Below the pieces are notes generated by a model. It did not search any database and was not told the DNA's origin. It worked only from the letters and a program-made list of their open reading frames with translations. Shown here in pieces: positions 1 to 8,731 of a stretch of 29,953 nucleotides of DNA. The stretch is from an uncultured Alphaproteobacteria bacterium (GTDB taxonomy: Bacteria; Pseudomonadota; Alphaproteobacteria; Rhodobacterales; Rhodobacteraceae), in the NCBI GenBank assembly GCA_963709395.1, contig CAVPWP010000018.1, positions 1-29,953 of the forward strand, written 5' to 3'. Position numbers and translations under genes: made by a program. Every line of letters starts with the position of its first letter. Position 1 is the first letter of the stretch.

Positions 1-233
1 GCAAGATCGAATGAACTTCACGGATGCTTGATCGGCACCAATGACGATCATCGGAATGTGACGGTCCCGACCGGACCTTCGATCACCTTGTAGCGAACGC
101 CCGTTCACCGTTCATCGCGACGAATGCTGCGCCCCACAAATTGGTCCGCGAAGGGCTCTGAGCAGTCGCTACGGACCGCCTTTAGCAACGTCCGATCTGG
201 GTTGGCGGACGACTGCTGCCGTCCGTCGAAGCC

Positions 234-389
234 TCAAATGTCGATCCTCTCCGCGATGCCCAGAGCGTCGTTGAGTTCGACGCCAAGGTAACTGACCGTG
301 CTGTCCACCTTGGTTTAGCCGAGCAGGCGTTGAACCGCCCCGGGATTGCCGGCCTTCCGGTAGATGGGCGCGGCCTTGGCCCGCCGTGG
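234..389 (-). pseudogene. C-terminal remnant (about 50 codons) of a tyrosine recombinase/phage-type integrase. Reads ...RRAKAAPIYRKAGNPGAVQRLLG*TKVDSTVSYLGVELNDALGIAERIDI* with an in-frame TAA at 315-317.
   Basis: Manual translation of the minus strand. The motif LLGH-K-(D/E)STV-YLGVE..DAL near a C-terminus is characteristic of a family of site-specific integrases. No catalytic N-terminal part is present. Not listed as an ORF in the track because of the internal stop. Confidence 0.5.
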
Positions 390-446
390 AGACTGCGTTC
401 CATACCCCTTGGTCTCGCATGCGATCAACTCATAGGTCTAGAGGAC

Positions 447-1128
447 CTAGCCGTCAGTTCGAACCGCGACCCAGATCGTATGCCGGGCGCCGCGCTTTTT
501 GCGGTCGGCGCGGACTGTTTGCGCGTGTACGTCGAACCCGCACCGGGAAAGCCGCTTGGAAAAGGACTGGTCCGGCGCGGCAGACCACACTGCAAGGACG
601 CCGCCGATGGTGAGCGCTCTGCGCGCCGATAGGAGACCTGCCTCGCTGTAGAGTGCGTTGTTGCCCACGCGGGACAGGCCGTCGGGGCCGTTGTCAACAT
701 CAAGCAGGATGGCGTCGAACGCGCGCCGTCGCCTCGTTTATCGATGCGCCAACATCGCCCGTCCTCACCTGCACACGCTGGTCCGAAAGACACTCCCCGA
801 AGACCGTCGTCATGTGCTGCGTCGCCCAGTCGATCAGGTCAGGTACGATTTCCGAGACGATCAGCAGCGCATCGGGCGGTGCGACTGTCTGCGCGGCTCG
901 CAGAGTGAAGCCCATGCCCAGCCCCCCGATCAGGACACGAGGCGCCCGCCGACCACCGAGGTGATCGAAGGCAAGCGTGGCGAGCGCTTCCTCCGACCCG
1001 CTGAGGCGGCTGTTCATCAGTTCGTTTCCGCCTTCAAGACGGATCGAGAACTCGTCACCCCGCCGCAGAAGCCTGATCGCGCTTCCTTGCGGAGTAGTCG
1101 CTGTCGCCAGCTCTCTCCATGGCAGCAT
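447..1128 (-). pseudogene. Spermidine-synthase-like (polyamine aminopropyltransferase family) methyltransferase, frame-disrupted. The N-terminal 140 aa lie in ORF 700..1128 and the C-terminal 70 aa (…LYSEAGLLSARRALTIGGVLAVWSAAP…) in ORF 447..668, a different frame. The shift lies near 680-720. Could be a pseudogene or a sequencing indel.
   Basis: Both fragments match consecutive parts of spermidine-synthase-like proteins (VLIGGLGMGFTLRAA SAM-binding motif; C-terminal GGVLAVWS motif). They sit in two frames on the same strand. A GGAGA RBS lies 7 nt upstream of ATG 1128. Confidence 0.6.
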
Positions 1129-1426
1129 GCTGGTCTCCTATCCTCGATAGCTGGCCCGACCCGTATCGCGGCAAGGCAACCAGATGAAGGAGTCGGTCTT
1201 GTTTGGCTCCCAATCAACCAGCAGCTTACCCTCGCTGCAATGCGGCGGTCGACCTTGGCTCGAAGGCCAGCTCTGGTCTCCGATGCGGCAATCCGTCAAG
1301 AACCCGACAAAAATGCACGGGAAGTCGCGCCTTCCGCTTGAAACATGGCGCAGGTCTGCCAATATCATCAGACGAGAGTGGTGTGGATCGCGCACCGCCT
1401 TACAAGAGTGCTTTTCGGAGGCTTTA

Positions 1427-2164
1427 ATGGCTGAATATCAGACCGTCCGCGCCGGAACCGGCGCCCGCGCGGCCGCTATCGACGAGGGCCTTCGCGCCCA
1501 TATGACGAAAGTCTACGGGACTATGTCCGTGGGCATGCTCGTTACTGCCGGTGTCGCCTGGGCGGTGGGCTCGAGCCCGGCGCTTCTGGGCATTTTCCGT
1601 GACCCGATCACGCTTCAGCCGAACATCCTCGGCTGGATCGCGATGTTCGCGCCGCTGATCATGGTCTTCGCATTCGGCGCGGCCATGAACCGGATGTCGG
1701 CGGCCGGGGCGCAGCTCTTCTTCTACGCCTTTGCGGCCGTCATGGGCCTGTCGATCTCGTGGATCTTCGCGGCTTTCACCGGCATCTCGATCGCACAGAC
1801 GTTCCTGGTGACCTCGATCGCCTTCGCAGGTCTTTCGCTGTGGGGATACACCACGAAGAAGGACATCTCGGGCTGGGGCGCGTTCCTCATCATGGGCCTG
1901 ATCGGCGTCATCGTGGCGTCGATCGTCAACATCTTCCTCGGCTCGCCGGCGTTGATGTTCGCGATCTCGATCATCGGCCTGCTGATCTTCGCGGGTCTCA
2001 CCGCCTATGACACGCAGCGGATCAAGACCGACTACATCGCCCATGCCCAGCACATGGAACAGGAATGGTTGGACAAGTCAGGCATCATGGGGGCGCTGAG
2101 CCTCTACCTGAACTTCATCAACATCTTCATGTTCCTGCTGCAGTTCATGGGCAATCGCGAGTAG
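1427..2164 (+). CDS. Bax inhibitor-1/YccA family inner membrane protein (7 TM). The start is taken at ATG 1427 (MAEYQTVRAG…) rather than at the ORF-track start 1184.
   Basis: Translation shows the typical BI-1/UPF0005 architecture and a conserved C-terminal region. The upstream 80 codons of the track ORF have poor GC3 bias and no homology. Confidence 0.8.
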   Translation: MAEYQTVRAGTGARAAAIDEGLRAHMTKVYGTMSVGMLVTAGVAWAVGSSPALLGIFRDPITLQPNILGWIAMFAPLIMVFAFGAAMNRMSAAGAQLFFYAFAAVMGLSISWIFAAFTGISIAQTFLVTSIAFAGLSLWGYTTKKDISGWGAFLIMGLIGVIVASIVNIFLGSPALMFAISIIGLLIFAGLTAYDTQRIKTDYIAHAQHMEQEWLDKSGIMGALSLYLNFINIFMFLLQFMGNRE

Positions 2165-2187
2165 CGCGACGCTCAAGATCCAGACGC

Positions 2188-2218
2188 AAAGGGCCGGCGA
2201 TTTCGCCGGCCCTTTTTC
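2188..2218. terminator. Bidirectional rho-independent terminator (AAAGGGCCGGCG attt CGCCGGCCCTTTTT) between the convergent BI-1 gene and a lipoprotein gene.
   Basis: Perfect 9-bp GC stem flanked by an A-run on one side and a T-run on the other. It lies in the 70-nt gap between stop 2164 (+) and stop 2235 (-). Confidence 0.75.
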
Positions 2219-2234
2219 GTTGTTCCAGGCGCGA

Positions 2235-2696
2235 TCAGCTGCAGTTCATCAGCACCGCGATGCGCCCGTCCTCCACGATGGTCTGGCCGGGGACAAGACA
2301 CCCCGTGCGCACCGCGATCGTCGACAGAAGTTCGGGCGTGACCGCCGCATCAGCGTCCTGCGGTTCGGCAACGGTGAAGTTGTAGCGGCCAACCTCGACC
2401 TGCCGCATCGCGTAGGTCGTGCCGCCCAAGGTGACCGCGGCCCAGGTGTCGTCCGCCCCGCCCGCCGCGAGGGCAAGTTCGGCGGCATCGTTCACGCTGG
2501 CAGGCGTTCCGGCAACGCGCACGATGGGGACGTCATCGTAGCCCTGCATCGTGATGTTCACCGCCTGAACCTGCGCGCCCCCTGCTCCGGCGGTCGTCGC
2601 CGTGGAAAAGCCTGTTCCGCTGCGCGCGTCAGTGCGTTCTTCGACGCTGGCACAGGCTGCCAGCGGCAGCACGAACAAGATCACGAGCCTTCGCAT
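2235..2696 (-). CDS. Secreted/lipoprotein of unknown function. Signal peptide MRRLVILFVLPLAAC (lipobox LAAC).
   Basis: ORF 2235..2741 trimmed to ATG 2696, which is preceded by GGAGGG. Clear signal peptide plus Cys. No recognisable domain. Confidence 0.6.
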   Translation of the reverse strand: MRRLVILFVLPLAACASVEERTDARSGTGFSTATTAGAGGAQVQAVNITMQGYDDVPIVRVAGTPASVNDAAELALAAGGADDTWAAVTLGGTTYAMRQVEVGRYNFTVAEPQDADAAVTPELLSTIAVRTGCLVPGQTIVEDGRIAVLMNCS

Positions 2697-2768
2697 GTGT
2701 CCCTCCATTCCAAGTCTTCGTTTCCGGGCCGGAGCATACACCAGTCTTGCCGAGAAGCAGGGGGCTTT

Positions 2769-3288
2769 TCAAACAGGCCCGACGGGCGTTGCGCCAAGGC
2801 CGCGCTCCATCGCAACGGCGGGAAACGTGATACCCGGGGCCAGAGGCACCTCGACCGGGCCGAGTTCCCGAAACCCGCAGGCGGTGTAGAACGGGACGGC
2901 CGTGCGCGTGCTCTGGCACTGCAGATGCCGTATGCCGGCAGCGCGCGCGGTATCGAGAATGTGCGTCATCAGCGCGCGTCCCGATGCCCTGCCGAATCCG
3001 GCGATGGTCGGTGACGACGTGACGAACCTGTCCGATAGAGCGGTGCCGGGCACTGCGCGTCCAGCCACCGGCCGCGACAATCCCGCCGTCCGGATCCTCG
3101 GCCACGTAGTAGGTCCCCGAGGCCAGCAACTCCGGTCGTGCACGTGAGATCAGCGGCAGGGCAAGCACGCGGACAGAAGGCGGGTAATCGTCCCTGAGAA
3201 GAACCGGATAGCTTTCAGCGAAGAGGGCGTCGACCCGGGCCAGGTCGGCCGGGCGGGACGTGCGGATCGTGATCGTTGCAGTGGCCAT
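2769..3288 (-). pseudogene. GNAT family N-acetyltransferase with a frameshift of about +1 near 2975-2985. The N-terminal half is in ORF 2629..3288 and the C-terminal half (…RALMTHILDTARAAGIRHLQCQSTRTAVPFYTACGFRELGPVEV…) in ORF 2769..3143.
   Basis: The N-terminal frame ends in junk directly after IRQGIG. The other frame carries the canonical GNAT motif A/B continuation. The junction atcgggacgcgcgctgatg needs one base removed to read QGIG-RALMTH. An AAGGGA RBS precedes ATG 3288. Confidence 0.75.
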
Positions 3289-3340
3289 GGCGGGTATCCC
3301 TTGGCGAAGGAGATGGGGTGCCGCGCCGCCCCTGCCATGC

Positions 3341-3373
3341 CAAAGAAAAAGGCCGCGCAGGGGTCGCGCGGCC
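3341..3373 (-). terminator. Rho-independent terminator downstream of rpmG (GGCCGCGCG-loop-CGCGCGGCC followed by TTTTTCTTT on the minus strand).
   Basis: 8-9 bp GC stem with a 7-nt loop and a U-run, 25 nt after the rpmG stop. Confidence 0.7.
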
Positions 3374-3398
3374 TTGTCGGTCTGTCGGAAAGGCGATC

Positions 3399-3566
3399 CT
3401 ACTTGATCTTGCCTTCCTTGTATTCGACATGCTTGCGCGCGACGGGATCGTACTTTCGTACCACCATCTTCTCCGTCATCGTGCGGGCATTCTTCTTGGT
3501 CACGTAGAAGTGCCCCGTGTCAGCGGTCGAATTGAGCCGGATCTTGATCGTGGTCGGCTTCGCCAT
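3399..3566 (-). CDS. rpmG: 50S ribosomal protein L33
   Basis: [55 protein letters not shown], 55 aa, unmistakable L33. GAGGAG RBS. The track ORF starts 15 codons too early. Confidence 0.95.
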   Translation of the reverse strand: MAKPTTIKIRLNSTADTGHFYVTKKNARTMTEKMVVRKYDPVARKHVEYKEGKIK

Positions 3567-3650
3567 TGTCACTCTCCTCGGCCGGGCTGCAGGGCGGCCC
3601 GTGAAATCCATGAAGCCCGCGTTCTAGCCATGGCGGCTACGGTGTCAACC

Positions 3651-3677
3651 GGATTCTGGCCCGCAGGGATTCTGGCC
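3651..3677. promoter_or_regulatory. Tandem direct repeat GGATTCTGGCC (3651-3661 and 3667-3677, period 16) in the rpmG upstream region. Possible regulator binding site.
   Basis: Exact 11-bp repeat seen directly in sequence. It lies 85-110 nt upstream of the rpmG start and just 3' of the DUF533 gene. Confidence 0.25.
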
Positions 3678-3688
3678 GGCAGCCCTGC

Positions 3689-4393
3689 TCAGCCTATCCC
3701 CATCGCCTGATGAACGCGCGCCTGCGCGGCATCGCTCAGGCCCAGCCCCCGCGCAAGGGAATTGAGATACTCCCTCTCGACGTCGCTGTCGACGCGCATC
3801 GCCATGACCGACATCGCATAGACCTGCGCCTTTGCGCTGTCTTGCGTGTCCGCCACCAGGGCATGAAGGTCCTGCGGCGCGGCCAGTTGCTCGCGCACAT
3901 AGGCGATCTCGTCGGGCGACGCGCCCTCGAGGTGGTCGAGAATCTTCTGCCGCTCTTCCGCGTCGATCTCGCCATCGGCCTTGGCGGCCTGGATCATGGC
4001 CCGAATCATCAGCCGGGCGTTGTCCTCGGTCGTGGTCGTCGCCGCCTTGTTTCCCGTCAGGCTGTCGAGCATTTCGGCCGCGGACGCGGTTCCCGCGGCA
4101 CTCGCCCCGCCAAGCGCCGCCATCAGCCCGCCCAGGCCCGCCATCGCGGCCTCGCCGCCCTTGTCGACCGTCCCGCCCATCTGGTCGAGCATCGAGCGGA
4201 TCGACTTGCTGGCATCCGGCATACCCATCTTGGCAAACATCTCGTCCATCTGCCCGCTCATGGCGGCGACGGTTTCGTTCTTGTCGAGCGTATCCTTGAG
4301 GCCGGCCATGCCGCCCATCTTCTTGTATTGCTCGACCCCTTTCGCCGCCGCGAATCCGGCAGCAAGCGTGGCAAGTGTCTTGACGAAGCTCAT
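3689..4393 (-). CDS. DUF533 / TerB-like (tellurite-resistance-fold) inner-membrane-associated protein, YebE family
   Basis: 234-aa ORF with an N-terminal hydrophobic segment, a Gly/Ala-rich linker and a C-terminal region (…DGEIDAEERQKILDHLEG…EREYLNSLARGLGL) typical of the DUF533/TerB superfamily. A GGGGGAG RBS precedes ATG 4393. Confidence 0.65.
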   Translation of the reverse strand: MSFVKTLATLAAGFAAAKGVEQYKKMGGMAGLKDTLDKNETVAAMSGQMDEMFAKMGMPDASKSIRSMLDQMGGTVDKGGEAAMAGLGGLMAALGGASAAGTASAAEMLDSLTGNKAATTTTEDNARLMIRAMIQAAKADGEIDAEERQKILDHLEGASPDEIAYVREQLAAPQDLHALVADTQDSAKAQVYAMSVMAMRVDSDVEREYLNSLARGLGLSDAAQARVHQAMGIG

Positions 4394-4489
4394 CTGATTC
4401 TCCCCCTTCGGAATCGCCCGGAAGGGCGGTTGCGCCGATTATGGCCCCCGGACTGTAACAGAAAACCGGCGCGTTAGAAAAAACCGAAA

Positions 4490-4856
4490 GTGTGCGGAAG
4501 GCCTGTAAGCCGGATTCTGTCCGGGGATCGCTCCCCTGGATGGTCATTCCTCTGAGCCCGCCGTTGCCGACGCGCTTTAGCTGCCTACCCGGACACCCGG
4601 GCTGAAGCGGCCCATAGCGGCATCCCTATTCGGCATTGCTCCCGGTGGGGCTTGCCATGCCGTCCCTGTTGCCAGGGACGCGGTGGGCTCTTACCCCACC
4701 GTTTCACCCTTGCCTGTCCCGAAGGACCGGCGGTCTCGTTCTCTGTGGCGCTTTCCGTCGGGTTTCCCCGCCCGGGCGTTACCCGGCACCGTTGCTTCAT
4801 GGAGTCCGGACTTTCCTCGACCCCGAAGGGCCGCGACCATCCGGCCTTCCGCACAC
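4490..4856 (-). ncRNA. rnpB: RNase P RNA, bacterial type A
   Basis: The minus strand contains the universally conserved blocks GAGGAAAGTCCGGACTCC (P4 5' half), GGGTGAAACGGTGGGGTAAGAGCCCACC (P10-P12 region) and ACAGAATCCGGCTTACAGGCC (P4 3' half). The P1 helix pairs 5' GUGUGCGGAAGGCC with 3' GGCCUUCCGCACAC. Length is about 367 nt. No ORF with protein homology in the region. Confidence 0.9.
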
Positions 4857-4865
4857 AGGCCCGAG

Positions 4866-5525
4866 TTAGGCGCTGGCTTCCGGCGCGTCAATGGCGGCGA
4901 GTCCCGCGATCATGGCGCGGTCGTCATCGCAAAGCGGGCCGCCCGCCCCCGGGCGAAAACGCTGTCGGAACGCGTCAAGCACAAGGTCCTCGCCACAGTC
5001 CACGGGATAGCCGGCCACGGCGGCGTGTTGAAGGAAGTCGCCCGGCGCCCCCGGGTCGGGCCACACGGCCCGTCCGCCGCGCGCAAGCCGCCGCCAGTCG
5101 AACCGGGGGCCCGGATCGCCCTTGCGATCGGGCGCCATGTCGGAATGCGCGATCACGCCCGCCGGCCGGATGTCCCAGCGGGCCATGAGGCCGTCCAGAA
5201 GTGTCTCGAGCGCGGCCATCTGCGCTTCGGGGAAAGGCGAGGCGCCGTCGTTGTCAAGCTCGACCCCGATCGAGCGGGAATTCACATCCCCCGACCCGCC
5301 CCAGGCCCCGGCGCCGGCGTGCCATGCGCGCATCTCTTCGGGGACCAGTCGCCAGAGCCTTCCGTCCGATCCGATCAGGTAATGCGCCGAAACCTCGCTT
5401 GCCGGGTCGCACAACCGTTCAAGCGCCGATGACGCATCGCGCATCGCGGTGTAGTGCAGCACGATCAGCGACGGCAGAAGCCCGTCGCGCCGGGGGCCGA
5501 AATTCGGCGAGGGGTGGTCGATCAC
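4866..5525 (-). CDS. ampD: N-acetylmuramoyl-L-alanine amidase (AmpD/amidase_2 family, anhydro-muropeptide amidase). GTG start.
   Basis: 219-aa ORF; the amidase_2 (peptidoglycan recognition protein fold) assignment rests on overall similarity to AmpD-family amidases (the ORF runs MIDHPSPNFG…HYLIGSDG…AWHAGAGAWGGSGDVNSRSIGVELDNDG…). The start GTG overlaps the upstream stop (GTGA). Confidence 0.85.
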   Translation of the reverse strand: MIDHPSPNFGPRRDGLLPSLIVLHYTAMRDASSALERLCDPASEVSAHYLIGSDGRLWRLVPEEMRAWHAGAGAWGGSGDVNSRSIGVELDNDGASPFPEAQMAALETLLDGLMARWDIRPAGVIAHSDMAPDRKGDPGPRFDWRRLARGGRAVWPDPGAPGDFLQHAAVAGYPVDCGEDLVLDAFRQRFRPGAGGPLCDDDRAMIAGLAAIDAPEASA

Positions 5526-6185
5526 CCGCCGATCCGAGCGGCCCGGAACGGCGTCGGATCCCAGTAGCAGGCGTAGCCGTCACCATCGGGGTCGACGCCC
5601 AGACGGTCCCGCTCGGGTCCGCCGCGCGCGAGGAAATCCTCTTGCGCAAGGTCGGAAGAGGCGTAGCTGCCGCAGGCGCGAAGAAATCGGTTTTCGGCGT
5701 TCAGACCCGTGCGCGGGTAAAGCTGCACCCCCACCGGATGGTTCGTGGCAAGCGCGTAGGCCACGATGTTCGGCCCGCCGCCGTCAGGACGGGTCGGCAG
5801 GCTGGTCGGCTGTATCACGACATAGGCCTCGCGGTTGGCGGCGATGCGCTCGGCATCGCTCTGGATCGATTCCCGGGCGCTGACGGCTTCGAAGTTCTGT
5901 TCGTCGGAAATGCCGGGGTTGTTCACGTCGACGGCCAGCGGCTGTCGCCGCGGTCGGGGACCCCGTGGCCGCCGGAAAGCTTATCGTGCCAGCCGTTTCG
6001 GACGCGATCACCGGGCCAGTCGGCACAGGCGCCGGCCGACCGCGCAGTTCGGCCTGACGACTGGCCTGGTAGCTCTGGTAGCTGTCGAACCCCACGCCCG
6101 CCGCGGAATCGGGGATCTCGGGCGCGCAGCCCGCAAGCACGAGGCCCACCGCGACCATGGCTCCGCTCACCCGCATGCTCAACAT
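5522..6185 (-). pseudogene. Lipoprotein (signal MLSMRVSGAMVAVGLVLAGC) whose C-terminal domain ends …DRLGVDPDGDGYACYWDP. Frame-disrupted near 5925-5960: the N-terminal 80 aa are in the frame of ORF 5784..6254 and the C-terminal 134 aa in ORF 5522..5926.
   Basis: A GAGGAGAA RBS lies 9 nt before ATG 6185. After GSPTAAT the N-terminal frame degenerates into Arg-rich junk, while the other frame continues with well-biased codons (QPLAVDVNNPGISDEQNFEAV…). The stop overlaps the ampD start. Confidence 0.55.
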
Positions 6186-6213
6186 CTCCGGACCGTTCTC
6201 CTCTGAGTTTCGA

Positions 6214-7698
6214 CTACCACCATTTCCGCGGCTTGGAAACAAAGCCGGCCGCACGTTCCAGTGCGAAGGCGGTATTCAGCAGGTCGCCCTCTTCCCACGG
6301 ACGACCGATGAGCTGGAGGCCCAGCGGAAGGCCCCTGGCATCCAGCCCGGCCGGCACGGCAATCCCGGGAAGGCCCGCGAGGTTCACGGTGACCGTGAAG
6401 ACATCGTTGAGATACATCTGCACCGGATCGGCACTGGCCATCTCGCCCAGACCGAAGGCCGCCGAGGGCGTGGCCGGTGTCAGGATCGCGTCGATCCCTT
6501 CGGCGAAGGCGTCCTCGAAATCCTTGCGGATCAGTGCGCGAACCTTTCGGGCCCGGTTGTAGTAGGCATCGTAGAAGCCCGCCGACAGCACATAGGTGCC
6601 GACCATGATCCGCCGCTTCACCTCGGCGCCAAACCCCTCGGCGCGGGTCTTCTCGTACATGTCGGTGATACCGTCGCCCTGCCCGAGTTTCGCCCTGCGC
6701 CCGTAGCGCACACCGTCATAGCGGGCGAGGTTCGACGACGCCTCGGCCGGGGCGATGACATAATAGGCGGGCAGCGCGTATTTCGTGTGCGGCAGCGAGA
6801 TGTCGACGATCCTTGCCCCCGCATCGGCAAGCATCCGGCGACCGTCAGCCCAGAGCGTCTCGATCTCGCCAGGCATCCCGTCCATGCGGTATTCCTTGGG
6901 AATGCCGATCACCTTGCCCCGGATGTCGCCGGTCAGCATCGCCTCGAAATCGGGTACCGGGATATCCGCGCTGGTCGAATCCTTCGGATCATGCCCGGCC
7001 ATCGCGGTCAGCATGATCGCGGCGTCGCGCACGTCCTTGGTCATCGGACCGGCCTGATCGAGCGACGACGCGAAGGCCACGACCCCCCAGCGCGAACAGC
7101 GCCCGTAGGTGGGCTTGAGGCCGGTGATCCCGACGAATGCGGCGGGCTGGCGGATCGACCCGCCGGTGTCGGTGCCGGTCGCCGCCAGGCACAGGTCGGC
7201 GGCCACCGCCGCTGCCGATCCGCCGGACGACCCGCCGGGCGTCAGGGCCCTGTCATCGACCTTCCAAGGGTTGACCGCCGGTCCGTAGACCGAGGTCTCG
7301 TTCGACGACCCCATCGCGAACTCGTCCATGTTGAGCTTGCCCAGCATGACCGCGCCCGCATCGAACAGGTTCTGCGTGACCGTCGATTCGTACTCGGGCC
7401 GGAACCCTTCGAGGATGCGCGACCCCGCCTGGCTCGGCACGCCGTGGGTGCAGAACAGGTCCTTGATCCCAAGGGGGATGCCGCACATTGCGGGGGCGTT
7501 TCCCTGCTGGATCCGCTGGTCGGCGATACGGGCGTGTTCCTCGGCGACCTCGGGCGTCGTATGGACGAAGGCGTTCAGCGCGTCGGCCTCCCCGATCGCG
7601 TCAAGGCAGGCGGCGGTCAGTTCGGCCGAGGTGACGTCGCCCGCGCGCAGGCTGTCGCGCGCCTCGGCGATGGTCAGGCGGGTGAGGTCGCTGCTCAT
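6214..7698 (-). CDS. gatA: Glutamyl-tRNA(Gln) amidotransferase subunit A
   Basis: 494 aa from ATG 7698 ([28 protein letters not shown]…). Amidase signature [13 protein letters not shown]…[22 protein letters not shown]. The track ORF is extended 114 codons upstream through Arg-rich junk. Confidence 0.95.
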   Translation of the reverse strand: MSSDLTRLTIAEARDSLRAGDVTSAELTAACLDAIGEADALNAFVHTTPEVAEEHARIADQRIQQGNAPAMCGIPLGIKDLFCTHGVPSQAGSRILEGFRPEYESTVTQNLFDAGAVMLGKLNMDEFAMGSSNETSVYGPAVNPWKVDDRALTPGGSSGGSAAAVAADLCLAATGTDTGGSIRQPAAFVGITGLKPTYGRCSRWGVVAFASSLDQAGPMTKDVRDAAIMLTAMAGHDPKDSTSADIPVPDFEAMLTGDIRGKVIGIPKEYRMDGMPGEIETLWADGRRMLADAGARIVDISLPHTKYALPAYYVIAPAEASSNLARYDGVRYGRRAKLGQGDGITDMYEKTRAEGFGAEVKRRIMVGTYVLSAGFYDAYYNRARKVRALIRKDFEDAFAEGIDAILTPATPSAAFGLGEMASADPVQMYLNDVFTVTVNLAGLPGIAVPAGLDARGLPLGLQLIGRPWEEGDLLNTAFALERAAGFVSKPRKWW

Positions 7699-7982
7699 TC
7701 GACCACCTTCGGAACCGCGAAGAAGCCTTCCCGCGCGTCCGGCGCGTTCTTGAGTATCTTGTCCTGCATGTCGCCCGCCGTCACCACGTCCTCGCGCCGC
7801 TTGAGCCGCATCGGCGTCACGCTGGTCATCGGCTCGACGTCGGTTACATCGACCTCGTTGAGCTGCTCGATGAACCCGAGGATGGTGTTGAACTCGCCGG
7901 CGAGGGCCGGAAGGTCGCCCTCTTCCACCCGGATGCGGGCCAGCTTGGCGACCCTGCGCGCAGTTTCGATGTCGATGGACAT
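7695..7982 (-). CDS. gatC: Glutamyl-tRNA(Gln) amidotransferase subunit C
   Basis: 95 aa [55 protein letters not shown]… GGAGG RBS. The stop overlaps the gatA start (ATGA). Confidence 0.9.
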   Translation of the reverse strand: MSIDIETARRVAKLARIRVEEGDLPALAGEFNTILGFIEQLNEVDVTDVEPMTSVTPMRLKRREDVVTAGDMQDKILKNAPDAREGFFAVPKVVE

Positions 7983-8014
7983 GGGATGCCTCCGTCGGAG
8001 TTGTCGGCAAGCGT

Positions 8015-8677
8015 TTAGACCGCCGTTTCCCGCCCCGCAACCATGTGCCTGCGATAGACCTCGATCATCCAGCCCAGCATCAGGCCGTTGAGCACATGCC
8101 ACCACAGATGCGTGCCCATCGGAATGGCGTCACACAGCGGTTCGTCCAGCGACCGCATCACCAGCGACAGCGACAGGATGCCCGCGCCGATGGCAAGGCC
8201 GCGCGCGGTCGCGGGTGCACGCCCACGCAGGAGGTACGCGTAGGCCCCTATCAGCAGGGGGACCGGCCAGTAGCCCGCCGAGATCGTGAAGAAGGGCAGC
8301 GACTGGAAGATCGGCACCGTCAGCGCGGCATAGGGGAAGAAGGCGAGCGTGCCGAGAATCGCCCCCCAAAGCGGCCAGCGCCAGTAATGCAGATTGGCCG
8401 CGAAGACGTAGAGCAGGATGAACACCGCGATCGGGACCACATCTACCGTCGCGGCCCAGGCAGTCGCATGGGTGTGAAAAAGGTAGGACCCCACCCCGAT
8501 CGCCGCGAGAATCACCACCATCGCCATGCCCAGCGGCAGGTCTTGTCCGCGCAGCCGCGGGAGCATCACCGCCGCCGCGATCAGGAAGGCGGCATTGGTG
8601 ACGGCGTTCAGCGGCTCGGCCCAGTAGGACGGATCGGTCCGTTCGCAATAGGCGTCGATCGTCTGCGTCCAATCCAT
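8015..8677 (-). CDS. Ceramidase-like (alkaline ceramidase/PF05875-type) polytopic membrane protein
   Basis: 220 aa with about 7 TM segments and conserved His residues (…[12 protein letters not shown]…, …HLWWHVLNG…) as in bacterial ceramidase-family proteins. Confidence 0.55.
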   Translation of the reverse strand: MDWTQTIDAYCERTDPSYWAEPLNAVTNAAFLIAAAVMLPRLRGQDLPLGMAMVVILAAIGVGSYLFHTHATAWAATVDVVPIAVFILLYVFAANLHYWRWPLWGAILGTLAFFPYAALTVPIFQSLPFFTISAGYWPVPLLIGAYAYLLRGRAPATARGLAIGAGILSLSLVMRSLDEPLCDAIPMGTHLWWHVLNGLMLGWMIEVYRRHMVAGRETAV

Positions 8678-8731
8678 GTAACTGCCCCGTCGAACCTGCT
8701 AGTCTTCGATCGAACAGATAGGGAGGTTTTC

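Noticed and set aside
440-480. GGTTCGAAC motif resembling a tRNA T-arm near the integrase relic
   Set aside because: No acceptor stem, anticodon arm or CCA context could be built. The motif is part of the spermidine-synthase-like coding region and its 3' flank.
1184-1426. Upstream 81 codons of the BI-1 ORF (MKESVLFGSQ…)
   Set aside because: No homology and poor GC3 bias. It contains a plausible sigma-70-like promoter (TTGAAA 1338-1343 and TATCAT 1363-1368, 19-nt spacer) for the real start at 1427 instead.
3645-4547. 300-aa minus-strand ORF and 255-aa plus-strand ORF overlapping the DUF533 gene and the rnpB 3' region
   Set aside because: Alternative frames of a real gene plus a structured RNA. 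Arg-rich and without homology.
5201-8105. Plus-strand ORFs 5201..6562 (453 aa) and 6157..8091 (644 aa)
   Set aside because: Antisense to ampD, the lipoprotein, gatA and gatC. No domains. Extreme Arg/Pro content.
8045-8731. N-terminal 229 codons of track ORF 8045..9733
   Set aside because: This part is antisense to the ceramidase-like gene and is junk. The real MBL hydrolase gene starts at ATG 8732 within the same frame.
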